Assembly (NCBI GenBank): GCA_951406725.2
Contig: OX597837.1
Location: 23,002,001 to 23,066,000 of the forward strand
Length of the DNA stretch: 64,000 bases
Direction of reading: 5' to 3'
DNA from: Octopus vulgaris
Taxonomy: Eukaryota
The notes below the pieces were generated by a model. It had not been told where the DNA came from and searched no databases. It saw only the letters and a program-made list of their open reading frames with translations. Of this stretch, positions 63,782-64,000 are shown in pieces (the first letter of the stretch is position 1; every line of letters begins with the position of its first letter). A program made the translations under genes and the position numbers.

Positions 63782-64000
63782 GGGAAGCAGGCTTGTTCTT
63801 GACATAAAAACATTACTTCTTTGTGGCATTTATTTGAACTTTGTAGAGTAACCAGCACTTTTTGTGGCTGATATTAAACACCCACATGACAGAGAATAAT
63901 GTACCAAGGTGTCGTCTATGTGATGTAGGTTTGCATTCAATTGAGTCTGACTTTATGATTTCATCATATGGGTGGTTTGAACCAGCATTCTCTTCATATA

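Overview
AT-rich, microsatellite-dense eukaryotic DNA. The repeat families look like those of an octopus (coleoid cephalopod) genome; this is an inference. The whole window appears to lie inside one minus-strand gene, tomosyn (STXBP5/STXBP5L). Two small coding exons, both missed by the ORF track, sit at 27140-27221 (FGRPGVDCHCCHPEEAAVIQILFLINE) and 111-211 (GALVTVCSDDTLHLWNYRQKRPDIVHTLKFMKER), separated by a ~26.9 kb GT-AG intron. The intron upstream of the 27140-27221 exon has a U12 (minor spliceosome)-type branch point and seems to run past the end of the window (>36 kb). The introns are packed with tRNA-derived SINEs, RTE and CR1 LINE fragments, two dead Tc1/mariner transposons (DD37D, DD41D), hAT/TTAA/mariner MITEs, minisatellites and microsatellites. 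The most striking unexplained structure is a set of short Penelope-pLTR-like elements. They sit mostly in (TA)n tracts, often form long palindromes, and carry hammerhead-ribozyme folds, several with non-canonical cores (GUGAACA, CUGUYGA, CCGACGA). Four of these folds are sense to the tomosyn pre-mRNA. Almost all ORFs in the provided track are repeat or microsatellite artefacts. All calls were made by eye, and repeat boundaries are approximate unless TSDs are quoted.
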